This document shows positions 45,850 through 58,768 of a DNA stretch of 59,130 nucleotides, one piece after another. Below the pieces are notes generated by a model. It saw only the letters and a list, made by a program, of their open reading frames with translations, was not told where the DNA came from and ran no database searches. Origin of the DNA: Nemertoderma westbladi (lineage: Eukaryota; Animalia; Xenacoelomorpha). Both the position numbers and the translations under genes were made by a program. Each line of letters begins with the position of its first letter. Positions within the stretch are counted from its first letter, which is position 1. The stretch covers positions 1-59,130 of the forward strand of contig JAUCBJ010003746.1 in assembly GCA_032718475.1 (NCBI GenBank). The letters are read 5' to 3'.

Positions 45850-47585
45850 TCTAAAACATTATATGCTTGAGAGCACTCAAAAGTGTCCCAGTCTCTCGTT
45901 AGAAGGAGAACTGGACAGTGATGTTCTGATTAAGGACATGGGGGGCGGTTGGCGACATGTTCTCGACAAGCAGTTAATGATGCAGGATTGAGTGGATCAG
46001 CATACATTATTAACTTTCCTGGGAGACTTTAATGCAAGTCTATATCAATCATTTAGCTCGCCCTGATTCTATAGCTATACTGTTAACCGAAATTCCCTCA
46101 ATCTTCAGAATTTCATCTCTGGAAATGGATTGTTTTCGGCTGGAACCCAGTTCAAGAAGAGAACTGGAAAGTCCCAGATAGTCCTGAAGAAATGATCACA
46201 AAGAAGTTGGTCCTTACCCCAAAGAAGGGCAACCTAACAACTTATGGATCTTTTCGTGGAATCTCGTTAATCTCGATTACTGAAAGCTATACAATAGAAT
46301 TATATTAAATCGCATCAGGGATCCTGTTGAGAGACTGTTACGTGGGAACCAAAACGGGTTCCGTAAAGGTCGTGGCACCATGGAATCTATTTTGGCACTT
46401 AATCGAAGTGTTATCAACAAAAAAAGACAGACGTCTGGCTATTATCTTTGTTGTCTTCATTAAGATCTTTGACTTAGTTTCCCGACCACGTATGTTCAGC
46501 ATATTTGCAGCATATGGGATCCCTGAGGAAATTATCGCAGCATCAGATCACTGTACGCTGGTTCCACCACATTTGTGTCTACTACTGATAGTGAGACAGA
46601 TCCATTCAAAGTCTAATGGGGAGTCCTTCACCATTGCACCATTCTTATTCATAATTGTTGTTGATTACGTTCTAAGCATGTCCTTAGATCATCTTAATAA
46701 AGATTGGGTGATGGTAGCAACCCCTGCTGGCACAAGAAGTAGGGGAAATACAGCAATGTACCTTACTGATGTAGACTTTGCTAATGACTTAGGGTTACTG
46801 TCAGAATCACAAGAGGGATCCCAAAGCGGGTTGTTTCTAGTGTTGGTCTTTTTGTAAACTCCAAGAAGGCCAAAATTATGACAGTGAACCTTGACAGCCC
46901 TCAAGAAATGTCTGATCGTACGTAAGGGCATAAGCTCCAGTGATGGCTTGCTTGAGCATATGAATGACTTCTGCTACTTGGGATCATCGATCTGGAAATC
47001 TGAAGACCTTCGGATGTAAGGGAAAGGCATGTGGAGCATTGAATATTCTGTCTAGGATTGGGAAGTCCCATAGAATAAAGCGGAATTCAAGATTATATTA
47101 TTTATGGCAACAGTTTTACCAGTACTGTTGTATGGTAGTGCATGCGGGGCTCTGACTGCTGAGGATACCAAATCTTGGATGTCAATTACAAGATTGTATA
47201 CAAGAATGCTGCGCCGGATACAATGAACACATCTCCAATCAACTTTATTCAACCTTGGAGGTGTTTCTTTAGATTTACCTTGCTTGAGACTAACACGGAA
47301 CCGCCTCCGCTTTTGCAGGACATTGCTTTTGCCGTAAGGACCAGCCTGTGCATAATCTTGTGGTGACGTCATGGAGTGAATAAGCATGGATGACAGCCCA
47401 TGACTATCGTGAGAAGCCTCTTAAAAGACACTGCCCTCGAAGATGATAAATTGAAGATGATTGAAGATGATCTAGCAACTGTCATGGGTGATAGGGAGTT
47501 GTGGCGACGCAATTTTGTCGACAAGCCGGTACAGCATTCTTAAAAATGCAGCTGCAATGCAGCATATATAATGCAGCTGCAATGC
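45850..47585 (+). mobile_element. RTE-like LINE family B, decayed endonuclease and RT regions
   Basis: GDFNAS (APE endonuclease), PKKGNL..FRGISL, NQNGFRKGRGT, APFLFIIVVDYVL, LTDVDFANDLGLLSES, DFCYLGS; many frameshifts. Confidence 0.88.
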
Positions 47586-48154
47586 ATGAGCGATGGTGCA
47601 GCTTCTAACGCTAACAATTAAAACTTTTTGGTTAGCTTTGGGGTTGGAATTGGGAGACACATCTTGGAGAGTGGTGTTATACATTTTGTTTTTCGTTTTG
47701 GTAGTCTTCCTTCCCCCAGTAGACAACCCCCAATGTTAATTCTTTGTTTTAATTTATTGAAATAAAACCCCTTATGTCTATTTGGCGGTGTTCTTTAGAG
47801 AATTGACCATTGTCATTCTTGATATTATGAAGTTGAAGAAAGTCTCCACCCTCTCTCGATGTCAATCTGTCAAGAAGTTCTGTTATGCAACACAGACACC
47901 GATGCCAAGGAACAAATACTAAATAAGTTTAGTTTCAATGCATATGCAATCTATATGTACTTGCTTCTGCTTTGCTCGTGCTAAAAACATGCCAATTCGT
48001 ATAAAACTCAACCCCTCGAACAAAATGGTTTGTCCACTTGCGGTCAATTTGGGCCACTATTTGTTAAAAGGATGAGAACTAAACAAATAGAAACGACGAT
48101 AAACTTAAATTGATATAATAATACAAAGTAATCAATCGCTTTTACACTTAACAC

Positions 48155-48940
48155 TTTGCTTGAGCGCCGGTCATGTAATCTATTGGTTGTAGGTTCAGCC
48201 CCGCCAGGCTCCACTCAGCCTTTCATCCACTGGGGTCGATAAAATGAGTACCAGTTAAATTACTGGGAGCAAATACAAGGGATATGAGTAGCGCCCACCC
48301 CTACCTTCGGGTGGCAGATAGGAGTAGCTCCCACCCCTACCTTCGGGTAGCAGATAGGAGTAGCGCCCACCCCTACCTTCGGGTAGCAGATAGGAGTAGC
48401 GCCCACCCCTACCCTCGGGTAGCAGATAGGAGTAGCGCCCACCCCTACCTTCGGGTAGCCGATAGGAGTAGCGCCCACCCCTACCTTCGGGTAGCAGATA
48501 GGAGTAGCGCCCACCCCTACCTTCGGGTAGCAGATAGGAGTAGAGCCCTCCCCTACCTTCGGGTAGCAGATAGGAGTAGCGCCCATCCCTACCTTCGGGT
48601 AGCAGATAGGAGTAGCGCCCATCCCTACCGTCGGGGAGCAGATAGGAGTAGAGCCCTCCCCTACCTTCGGGTAGCAGATAGGAGTAGCGCCCATCCCTAC
48701 CTTCGGGGAGCAGATAGGAGTAGAGCCCTCCCCTACCTTCGGGTAGCAGATAGGAGTAGCGCCCATCCCTGCCTTCGGGTAGCAGATAGGAGTAGAGCCC
48801 TCCCTACCTTCGGGTAGCAGATAGGAGTAACGCCCATCCCTACCTTCGGGTAGCAGATAGGAGTAGCGCCCATCCCTACCTTCGGGGAGCAGCTATCGAA
48901 AGAAGAGCCTTTGGGTCGCCTCCGGCCTCTGCCGACTGTT
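48155..48940 (+). mobile_element. tRNA-derived SINE with conserved central domain and an internal minisatellite
   Basis: B-box-like ggttcagcccc (~48192); actcagcctttcatccactggggtcgataaaatgagtaccag, which from memory resembles the MetaSINE central domain; tail agctatcgaaagaagagcctttgggtcgcc. Confidence 0.65.
48286..48892. repeat. 36-bp minisatellite, ~17 copies
   Basis: Unit ggagtagcgcccacccctaccttcgggtagcagata. Confidence 0.95.
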
Positions 48941-49369
48941 TGCTTTGAACATTTAACCCTATAATTAAGATTGTACCCATTTAACCATATAACTCTTTTA
49001 TAACTATATTCTTTAGTTTAGAATGGTATTGTACATGCATACAGTATTGAAACTATTTAATGTTTATCTAATGAGAATGACTTTAGTTTAGTTTTATATG
49101 TCTATCTATCCGAACGACGGTATTAAAAAACCCTTTGAACTCTTATCGAGACACTTTAATTGACTTATATTTGAACTATTTATTGAACTATTACAAATAC
49201 TCTTACACACTAACTCGTATTATCTGTATTGTCGAACTGTCGCGCTCGTTAATTATAGGGTACTATGTATCATAATTAAATAGTTCGTTGATTATTCGTA
49301 TATTGAACGTGTAATTTAATTAACTAGTCCAGGATGGGTTACTGACTGTGGTCTGTCACCCGCCACCCA

Positions 49370-49640
49370 ACTATACACACCCACACCCACCCACACTCAC
49401 ACCTACTTGCACATCTACTTACCAAACCCACCCACCCCTACAGCAACCTACTTACCCGCACCCACCCACACTAACCCCTACTTGCACCTCTACTTTACCC
49501 ACCCCCACCTAAACACACCCCACCCTACTTACCCACACCCACCCACACTCACCCCTACTTGCACATCTACTTTACCCACCCCCACCCACACACACCTAAT
49601 CCTACTTACCCGCACCCATCCACCCACACCTATACTTGCA
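49370..49640. repeat. AC-rich degenerate tandem/low-complexity repeat
   Basis: cccacccacactcacccctacttgcac-type units. Confidence 0.75.
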
Positions 49641-49803
49641 CGTTTTTTTTCCCATGAAATACGTAAATTGTGCAATTCTTTAATAAAAGATAGAGCGATA
49701 TAGACTTATAAAATAAATTGAACTGTATTATTAACTTTTAGTCATAGCGTACTCTATTAAGTAGTACGCTATGCTATAGAGTACGCTATGCTGATAATAT
49801 TTT

Positions 49804-49849
49804 AGCGCTACTGATGAGGCCTGATAGGCTGAAACGTACGTATAGCGCT
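49804..49849 (+). ncRNA. Minimal type I hammerhead ribozyme
   Basis: AGCGCTA-CTGATGA-GGCC-tgata-GGCT-GAAA-CGTAC-GTA/TAGCGCT. Perfect 7-bp stem I, stem II with one G-U pair, palindromic ACGTACGT stem III. Confidence 0.85.
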
Positions 49850-50804
49850 GGTTCAACCCCCGGTGACGCGCTTTCTCATTTTTTCCATTTCTGAACAAAA
49901 CCATAATATTACATCTATAGTATTTTATTCCAAAATTGTAACATTACTCAACGCCGTTAGTATTACCAGCGAGTTGTTATTTAGCACTTTACAACTTTTG
50001 AGGACATTACAGCAATGTATTGGCCTGTACATTTAGTATTGTATTTGGTGTTATTGTTTACGTGGTAACCATGACGGCGTTAAGTAATGTCCACTAAGGG
50101 GACATTACTTAACGCCGTCATTGGTTACGACGTAAACAATAGAAGGAAATTTGCCTGACAGCCAGATAGGCCTACTGCATTACCTACCGGTAGGCGGGGT
50201 ATAGCTATTAATAACCAGTAGCTAAATTATTAACATGGCTCCAAACGCCACCATAAATATAAGCTAACTTATTTATAACATAATGTATGCCATTTTTACA
50301 TTTATTTATACAGCAACTAATATAATTTGTGCAGTTTCTATCACTTATAATGTATATGTACAATCGTTTCGTAGTGTTAGAATTTTCTGAATAAAACTAC
50401 ATACATACTTGTTGCAAAGTACTTTACAGTGTTCTGATCCTCGGTGGCTTTATTTTCACTCACTCACTAACGTTCGTTCGTGTAACAACGCCACTCGGAT
50501 CATCACACTGTAAAGTGCTACTTTACAAACAAGTATGTAAATAGTTATTACAATATTGCTTGCGTAGTTACTGCAAATCAAATTACTGTACTCTTCAACT
50601 CCTGATGCTGCCTTACTCAATCTTAAATAATTAATTTAGTGTTCTCGAATATTTATTACGTAACTACGTTTCTAAGTCGATGCTCTTTCAATACATGTAA
50701 TAAAAATTAAGAAATTCCACCAAATTTATTTTTTTTCACCGGGAAAAAAAGTAAAATTTATGCAATGGTTACTATTATCTAGGGAAAAGAAGACAGATTT
50801 TGGG

Positions 50805-51141
50805 GCCCATGTGAAGAATACCAGACTTCCTGCCGTTATATTTGACTTATTACGTAGTAATCGTTATTACGTAAACGTTATTAGTAAACGTTATTACGTA
50901 GTTATAATACGTAGTTACCGTAATGTGAGGAATACCAGGTTTTCACCAAAAACACAGGTTACAGAAGGGCTGAATCTAACCAAAACAATAAACGAATTAG
51001 TATATGTACATGTTATAAAACAGAAATAAGCGCTATAAAACACTTAATAAAGATAGATTAAAAAAAATAAAAAATCTCCATATATAAAATTCCAATAAAA
51101 AGTCGACCGAAAAGTGAAATCCTGGTATTCTTCGCATGGGC
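50805..51141. mobile_element. MITE with 9-10-bp TSD (Mutator-like)
   Basis: TIRs gcccatgtgaagaataccag and ctggtattcttcgcatgggc; flanks agattttggg and ggattttggg. Confidence 0.75.
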
Positions 51142-52539
51142 GGATTTTGGGCGGATTATTCGAGCGAAAATGTAACAATTTAAGAATAAATTAATTATTT
51201 TATCCGAATATTGAATAGGAGTAGTAAAAGCATATAATGCATATGATGCTTTTATTATTTAGAGGAATTGCGGATTACAAAGTGTATAAAAAAATACTGT
51301 ATTTTTGTAACAGAAGTTGTTTTCTTAAAAAATATTCCCTTTTGAATTAGAAATTTATCGTTATAAAGTTATCGCAAATTTGAGGTAAATTTTGTCTGCA
51401 CTATTGTCTAATTAAATAATACTAGTTACCGGTACTATATACTAGCTATTCTTTGTGAGTGAAGATGATATTCTAGAACGATAATTAAATAATCAAATCA
51501 ATATTAAACTAGCTAATGGGAGCAGAAGATCCTATAACTATAAACATTTCAATGCTAAATTAATTAATACCAAAGTAATTACTGATCTAAAATAAATAAT
51601 GGAAATCAACAGAATAAACTTCTAGATCGTTGATTGGATAAATATTTTATTATCCGCATTTTTCGAAGCTTGATTGGATAATTACTTTATTGTCCGGAAA
51701 TGCGGACGTTAACGTCTTTATTGTCCGCAGTTTTGCGGACAATAATTGGAATATTTTAAAGAAAATACTTTAATAATATTAACAATTAATCATTCAAGTA
51801 GAAATTCACTCTTATCTCCCTATAATTCTGAAAAACAGAATCATATGGACATTCTTTTAAACAACAGTAACATTGTATATATCTGTTTACTGCAGTCTAC
51901 TGTGCTGCAGTCTAATGAGTTTACATACTCAATAAATTACTTTGTCTAACTCTAACTAATGTACAGTGCGGTAGCTATAAGACGCTGTAAATTGTGTAAC
52001 TAAATGGGTGGACTATATAGATGTACGCGAGCCTTCCATACAGCTGCTAATAAACTAATTTCCTCCAAATTGTGACAGCGGGAAAAAATAGCCTCGCCAG
52101 TAGCCAGGAGGACGCCAGTCGCAGCTACCCAGATCAACTTAAATAATCTATGTAATGTACCGGTTTCGGTGGCTGTTCGCGGCAAATTTCCCGTTTTTAT
52201 TACATAAAAAAATATATAATTCTAATTTAACCAGCTAAAAGAACAATTTTTAAATCAGAAATGAATTTACTATTATAAATTTACCTTTTTTTACATGCCA
52301 AAAAAGTGAAATACTAATTCATAAATGAACAGGGTAAAGTGTTAACGCAGTCTACCGGTAATACTGGTTTCTGAGGGATGGGTGTAAACGGAACCTTTTT
52401 TTCAATGTAAAAAACTTGAAATAGTCTTACAACTATTGTAAACAAGCGCGAAATCGCGCAAAGGTCCGCGTCTACTACTAACGCATGAACTATATCCTTG
52501 AATGGCTTACTACCAATCTTACAACAAAAGACATTCACC

Positions 52540-52607
52540 GGAATGGGGGATTGAACACGTTACCTAGAGATTCCAAGTCCCAAGCTCTGCCACTGAGCCA
52601 TTGGGGC
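52540..52607 (-). pseudogene. tRNA-derived SINE head or tRNA pseudogene
   Basis: GCCCCAA-TGGCTCAGTGG (A box) ... GTGTTCAATCCC (B box); acceptor stem not intact. Confidence 0.6.
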
Positions 52608-53289
52608 CGTACCAACCCCTAATACCAAAACCTATCTGGAAATTATTATTAACAACGGAGTGAATACTAGAGGTCTGGCTACGCGGACCTAAAAATTACT
52701 TTGAGGTAGGCGACTTACTACGCCTTACTCGCTACGACTTACTACGGCCTACTTAGCGACATTTTGATTTCAAAGAAAATAAACTTTAAATAAGGTATTC
52801 CTCATTTAACCTAAGCTGTTCCCATTAATTAATAAGATTGGGGTTCCTGAGGTCATTACGGGATGGGTTTTCGCAAGTACAGGTTTAATTTTTGGCGCAT
52901 TCTAACCCCCCTTCCCCTCTATTTGGAAAAAGATTTTTATAAAAATTAAAAATAACACTTTTTTAAACTAAAAATACTTTCTTGAAAATCACGTAATAGG
53001 CCACTTACTTTTTCACATATTCCGAAAGTGATACCGATGGTTGTTGAAAATAATGGCAAACCCACTCTGGGCTAAACTAAAACTCATTATCGAAACCCGT
53101 AATTCCATTTGAGTATGTTCTTTTGTGTATACTGATTTAACATACTGTACTGTTTTAGCTTAATAATTTGATAATACTGCTTTCTTAGGCCTATGATTAA
53201 ATACCACACACTATCATACACAATAATTATAAATAGTAGGCCTAAAGTCCTGAAGATATCTTTCACCACTTACTTGCATTTACAGGATG

Positions 53290-53865
53290 ACGGTTACCAA
53301 TGCAACAGGGCGAGCTGGCTGTCCTGGCAGATAAGCATTGCCTTAGCGCTGTTGGTATTCAAGACTGGATAGACTGACAAGGTTCTGATTAAGGGCATGA
53401 GGCCGTTGATGACATGCCCTCGCATCAGACGATGGTAGTGGCAATGGTGGAATTGTTCTATTAATGAATCCAACTTTACAGTGTACATGCAGCATTGGAC
53501 AAAGTAGACCAAATCTCTAACCGCATCATCCGTTGCCACTTCTCATGTTCTGAAAGACTCGCTAAGAAGTTTCCTAAGGTGGTTCTGAATGTGTGCTATT
53601 CTCCAACTAGTGTTGCCCCAGTAGATTAGGTGGAAAGTTTCTACCAGATTCTACAAGCAGCTATTGATGGTGGATCAGCATGTATTCTTATCTTTCCTGA
53701 GTGACTTTAATGCCAGTCTCCATCACTCGTCAACATCGCAATGTACATCGTTAATGTCAATCTAACAATCAGTTCATATTCAGGATTTAATCTCTGGAAG
53801 TGGGTTGTTCTCGTCTGGGACGCAGTTCAAGAAGCGATTTGGAAAGCTGTGGACACATTTGCGTC
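53290..53865 (+). mobile_element. RTE-like LINE family B, endonuclease fragment
   Basis: tggatcagcat.tatt...gactttaatgc.agtct and tctggaa.tgg.ttgtt.tcg.ctgg.ac.cagttcaagaag match 45990-46170. Confidence 0.7.
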
Positions 53866-54620
53866 ATGATGCATAAATCCATCTTGACACAATTGGTCAC
53901 ACATAAACCTTCAACTTTCAGCTCATAAAAACTCATTGGCTATATTGCAATAGACCAGCTATAAAAGGTTGCACAATGCATAATATTCAGTTTGGAAATT
54001 GTTTTTTTACTTCTGATTGGTTGAAAATCAATGCTAGAGATACCAGCTTTCAACTTTCAAGTGAGATAGAAGATAGGAAAAGTGCGTTTTGAAATTTGAA
54101 AACTCATGTATGACCCCGGCCTTAACAGATCCCTCTTTGATGCGCCTCTGCGTCAAAGACCACGGAAGTGTGGGTCTCTCTTTTAGCCTATCTATGGTAT
54201 TAGAGTTTAGCAAAACACTATAAAGCGCCCCATGGCTACCGACCCATGGCCACAGTTAACCTATTAGGAAAGTAAATTACTTGAAGCTATAGTATTAAAT
54301 ATATATGTTATTCCTAATATACAAGCACACCCTTCAAAGTAAGGATATAAGAAATTTATACATTATAATATTCAGTAATACATCATCATTAATTGTAATG
54401 TATTAATATTAATACCATTCACATTGCAGCTGTGACTAATGAATGCGTAGTTTAAGGTCATTGAATATAAATTACTGATTTTGTAGAAGAGATATGTAAA
54501 ATATATAGTGTTATTGCTCAATTTATTCCTGGTTCCTTTCTCAATTTTCCCATTAGTATCTGAATCCTCTTGGTTTCTACTTTTTATCATGGCTCTATCT
54601 GAACTATGTGTTTTTCAACT

Positions 54621-57335
54621 TCAACTAGTCACGGTATTTGTTTGTTAATCCTTAATGCGTTTGTACATCGGTTATATTTTTTGGTTGTTATCTAACCATA
54701 ACTCATCGAGTGTCTCCTCATTCTGAGGTTCCATATTATTACTACATACTTCCTATTTTTTGTTTATTAACGCTTGGTTCATTTTGCTGTCCTATATTCA
54801 ATTTTCCCCCTCGCAGGGACCCCACTTGCAGTTTACTCTATGCCTACCACTTGGAGGGGTCCCATCCTACATGGTTACGGTGCCGTGGGGCGTGGGCCCT
54901 CCTGGAACTAGCTTCTTTGCTGTAGCAGTGAACAGATCTGCCCGTAGTATACTACTGCATGTTGTTTTAATACTGTGCGACCTGGACGTGATGCTGGTTC
55001 TGTTGGGTAAAACGAACTTAGATCCTGCAAGGCATGACTTCGATGAACTTAGATCCTAACTAGGTGAACTAAGATCCTAACTAGGTGAACTTAGATCCTA
55101 ACTAGGTGAACTTAGATCCTAACTAGGTGAACTTAGAACCTTACTAGGTGAACTTAGATCATAACCCGGTGAACTTAGATCCTAACTAGGTCAACTTAGA
55201 TCCTAAGTAAGTGAACTTAGATCCTAAGTTGGTAAACTTAGATCCTAACTCGGTGAACTTAGATCCTAACTAGGTCAACTTAGATCCTAAGTAGGTGAAC
55301 TTAGATCCTAAGTTGGTGAACTTAGATCCCAAATAGGTGAACTTAGATCCTAACTAGGTCAACATAGAACCTAACTAGGTGAACTTAGATCCTAAGTAGG
55401 TGAACTTAGAACCTAACTAGGTGAACTTAGATCCTAACTAGGTCAACTTAGATCCTAACTAGGTGAACTTAGAACCTAACTAGGTGAACTTAGATCCTAA
55501 CTAGGTGAACTTAGATCCTAACTAGGTGAACTTAGATCCTAACTCAGTGAACTTAGATCCTAACTAGGTCAACTTAGATTCTAACTAGGTGAACTTAGAT
55601 CCTAACTAGGTCAACTAGTCACGGTATTTGTTTGCTAATCCTTAATGCCTTTGTACATCGGTTATATTTTTTGGTTGTTATCTAACCATAACTCATCGAG
55701 TGTCTCCTCATTCTGAGGTTCCATATTATTACTACAGTACTTCCTATTTTTTGTTTATTAACGCTTGGTTCATTTTGCTGTCCTATATTCAATTTTCCCC
55801 CTCGCAGGGACCCCACTTGCAGTTTACTCTATGCCTACCACTTGGAGGGATCCCATCCTACATGGTTACGGTGCCGTGGGGCGTGGGCCCTCCTGGAACT
55901 AGCTTCTTTGCTGTAGCAGTGGCAGATCTGCCCGTAGTATACTACTGCATGTTGTTTTAATACTGTGCGACCTGGACGTGATGCTGGTTCTGTTGGGTAA
56001 AACGAACTTAGATCCTGCAAGGCATGACTTCGATGAACTTAGATCCTAACTAGGTGAACTAAGATCCTAACTAGGTGAACTTAGATCCTAACTAGGTGAA
56101 CTTAGATCCTAACTAGGTGAACTTAGAACCTTACTAGGTGAACTTAGATCATAACCCGGTGAACTTAGATCCTAACTAGGTCAACTTAGATCCTAAGTAA
56201 GTGAACTTAGATCCTAAGTTGGTAAACTTAGATCCTAACTCGGTGAACTTAGATCCTAACTAGGTCAACTTAGATCCTAAGTAGGTGAACTTAGATCCTA
56301 AGTTGGTGAACTTAGATCCCAAATAGGTGAACTTAGATCCTAACTAGGTCAACATAGAACCTAACTAGGTGAACTTAGATCCTAAGTAGGTGAACTTAGA
56401 ACCTAACTAGGTGAACTTAGATCCTAACTAGGTCAACTTAGATCCTAACTAGGTGAACTTAGAACCTAACTAGGTGAACTTAGATCCTAACTAGGTGAAC
56501 TTAGATCCTAACTAGGTGAACTTAGATCCTAACTCAGTGAACTTAGATCCTAACTAGGTCAACTTAGATTCTAACTAGGTGAACTTAGATCCTAACTAGG
56601 TCAACTAGTCACGGTATTTGTTTGCTAATCCTTAATGCCTTTGTACATCGGTTATATTTTTTGGTTGTTATCTAACCATAACTCATCGAGTGTCTCCTCA
56701 TTCTGAGGTTCCATATTATTACTACAGTACTTCCTATTTTTTGTTTATTAACGCTTGGTTCATTTTGCTGTCCTATATTCAATTTTCCCCCTCGCAGGGA
56801 CCCCACTTGCAGTTTACTCTATGCCTACCACTTGGAGGGGTCCCATCCTACATGGTTACGGTGCCGTGGGGCGTGGGCCCTCCTGGCACTAGCTTCTTTG
56901 CTGTAGCAGTGGCAGATCTGCCCGTAGTATACTACTGCATGTTGTTTTAATACTGTGCGACCTGCACGTGATGCTGGTTCTGTTGGGTAAAACGAACTTA
57001 GATCCTGCAAGGCATGACTTCGATGAACTTAGATCCTAACTAGGTGAACTAAGATCCTAACTAGGTGAACTTTAGATCCTAACTAGGTGAACTTAGATCC
57101 TAACTAGGTGAACTTAGAACCTAACTAGGTGAACTTAGATCCTAACTAGGTGAACTTAGAACCTAACTAGGTAAACTTAGATCCTAACTCGGTGAACTTA
57201 GATCCTAACTAGGTCAACTTAGGTACTAAGTAGGTGAACTTAGATCCTAAGAGGTGAACTTAGATCCTAACTAAGGTGAACTTAGATCCTAACTAGGTGA
57301 ACTTAGATCCTTTAACTAGGTGAACTTAAATCCCA
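54621..57335. repeat. 990-bp composite tandem repeat (2.7 copies); each unit is ~400 bp unique sequence plus an array of 21-bp gaacttagatcctaactaggt
   Basis: tcaactagtcacggtatttg at 54621, 55611 and 56601; arrays at ~55015-55617, 56005-56607 and 56995-57335. Confidence 0.97.
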
Positions 57336-58352
57336 CTTTATGCTATTTAAAGCCTTTGGTAATTATCATGCTAGTCGCGAAGTTTTTTGCCATAGATCTC
57401 AACATCGTGCCTCAGCCTGGATTTTTTAGCGTAGCTTTTAGCTCTCGATTTTGAATCATACAAACTTGTTACAAAATTTTATACTACCGGTACTGTATGT
57501 GTGCATGCATTTATTGGAATAATAAGGTAATATGACCTTGTCTGTGACCTAATTTTTAACTATTGTATTACAGTAAAAATATAGTTACGTATTTCTTCCG
57601 TTAAAAATCAATCGATAATACTTACTTAAACTAGGCCCTAATTAATGTACAGTAGGATATTTGTTTTTGTATTGAGCTTATGTACTGCATGTTGCATGAC
57701 TGTAGGCCCTACTGTTTTATCTAGGCTCTCTTTGTATTAGCCTATAGTAACTATTGGTCTATTGCTGAATGCTAGCGGTGGTTGGTGTCATGCGCTCACC
57801 CGTTCAACCACCGTCTACATTCTACATTGTTTGTAGAAGTGTAGAAAATTGTTATTAAATAAATAAAATAAAAAAAGCGAACTTAGATCTTAGGTGAACT
57901 TAGATCCAATTTATACAAATTCCTTAGCAATACAGCAATACATACAGACATATAGGCCTAGGCCTAGATGTTGTTTGTTGTTACCGTACCGTACCTCATG
58001 TTACGGCTGTACCTGGTACCGTACAGCTGTACAGCGGTAGGCAGGTAGGGTAGGGCAGTAGGGTAGACTTCTGGACTTATCTGAGCGTTAGGCCTACCCT
58101 ACACCTACATCCAGACATCAGTACAGCAGTACATGGTCAGATGGTTGTAGTCTGGTTCTGGTAGTCAGGTAGTGTAGGTGGGTATCGGTACTGCGGTACC
58201 GTTTCGTTTATTGAAATCTGAACTGCTGGAAGCTAACTGTAAAGCTCTGTAGGCCTACTGTAAACCGAAGCTGCACCAGTAAAATATCCATGTTAAATAG
58301 GCCTACTGAAATAGATACAGTCTCAGAGGATAACATCAGAACATGCTGACAT

Positions 58353-58768
58353 CAGTCAGGAACACTGGTCACAATATGTCCAATTTACAGCCAGAATGTG
58401 TCCGCGGAAAACGCTCTCAGAGTGAAATTTCTCCATAGAAAACAATGCTAAATTTCATTTGAAAACCGGCAGTGAAATTTTAACATTGGCATTCTAAAAA
58501 TTATGCCATTAGAATCGTCATAAAATTCTGTATAAATCAATTTGAGAATTAGAATCTCATCGTTGGGATAACTTATCATAATATTAAAAATAAAAATATG
58601 CCCAGCTTCTGCTTTGAGTACTATTGGAGTTACAGCCAAAATATGTCCGGAAATATAATCGCAGCCTGTGAAGGACAAATAGTGGCTGCACGGACACTTT
58701 CTGGCTGTAAATATGTGGACAATTTTTGGCTGAGCTTCAGCCAGAAAGTGACCAGTGTTCCTAACTGG
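58353..58768. mobile_element. MITE with CAGT(C/T)AGGAACACTGGTCAC TIRs
   Basis: Inverted termini; subterminal tacagccagaa.gtgtccg repeats; GACAT on both flanks. Confidence 0.75.

Noticed and set aside
48260-48817. 12-aa repeat ORFs on both strands
   Set aside because: Translation of the 36-bp minisatellite.
54621-54630. CTAG-T at the unit junction as a Helitron 3' end
   Set aside because: No GC-rich subterminal hairpin upstream; microhomology explains the junction more simply.
55015-57335. 21-bp array as a CRISPR array
   Set aside because: Monomers are contiguous with no unique spacers, there are no cas genes, and the context is eukaryotic.
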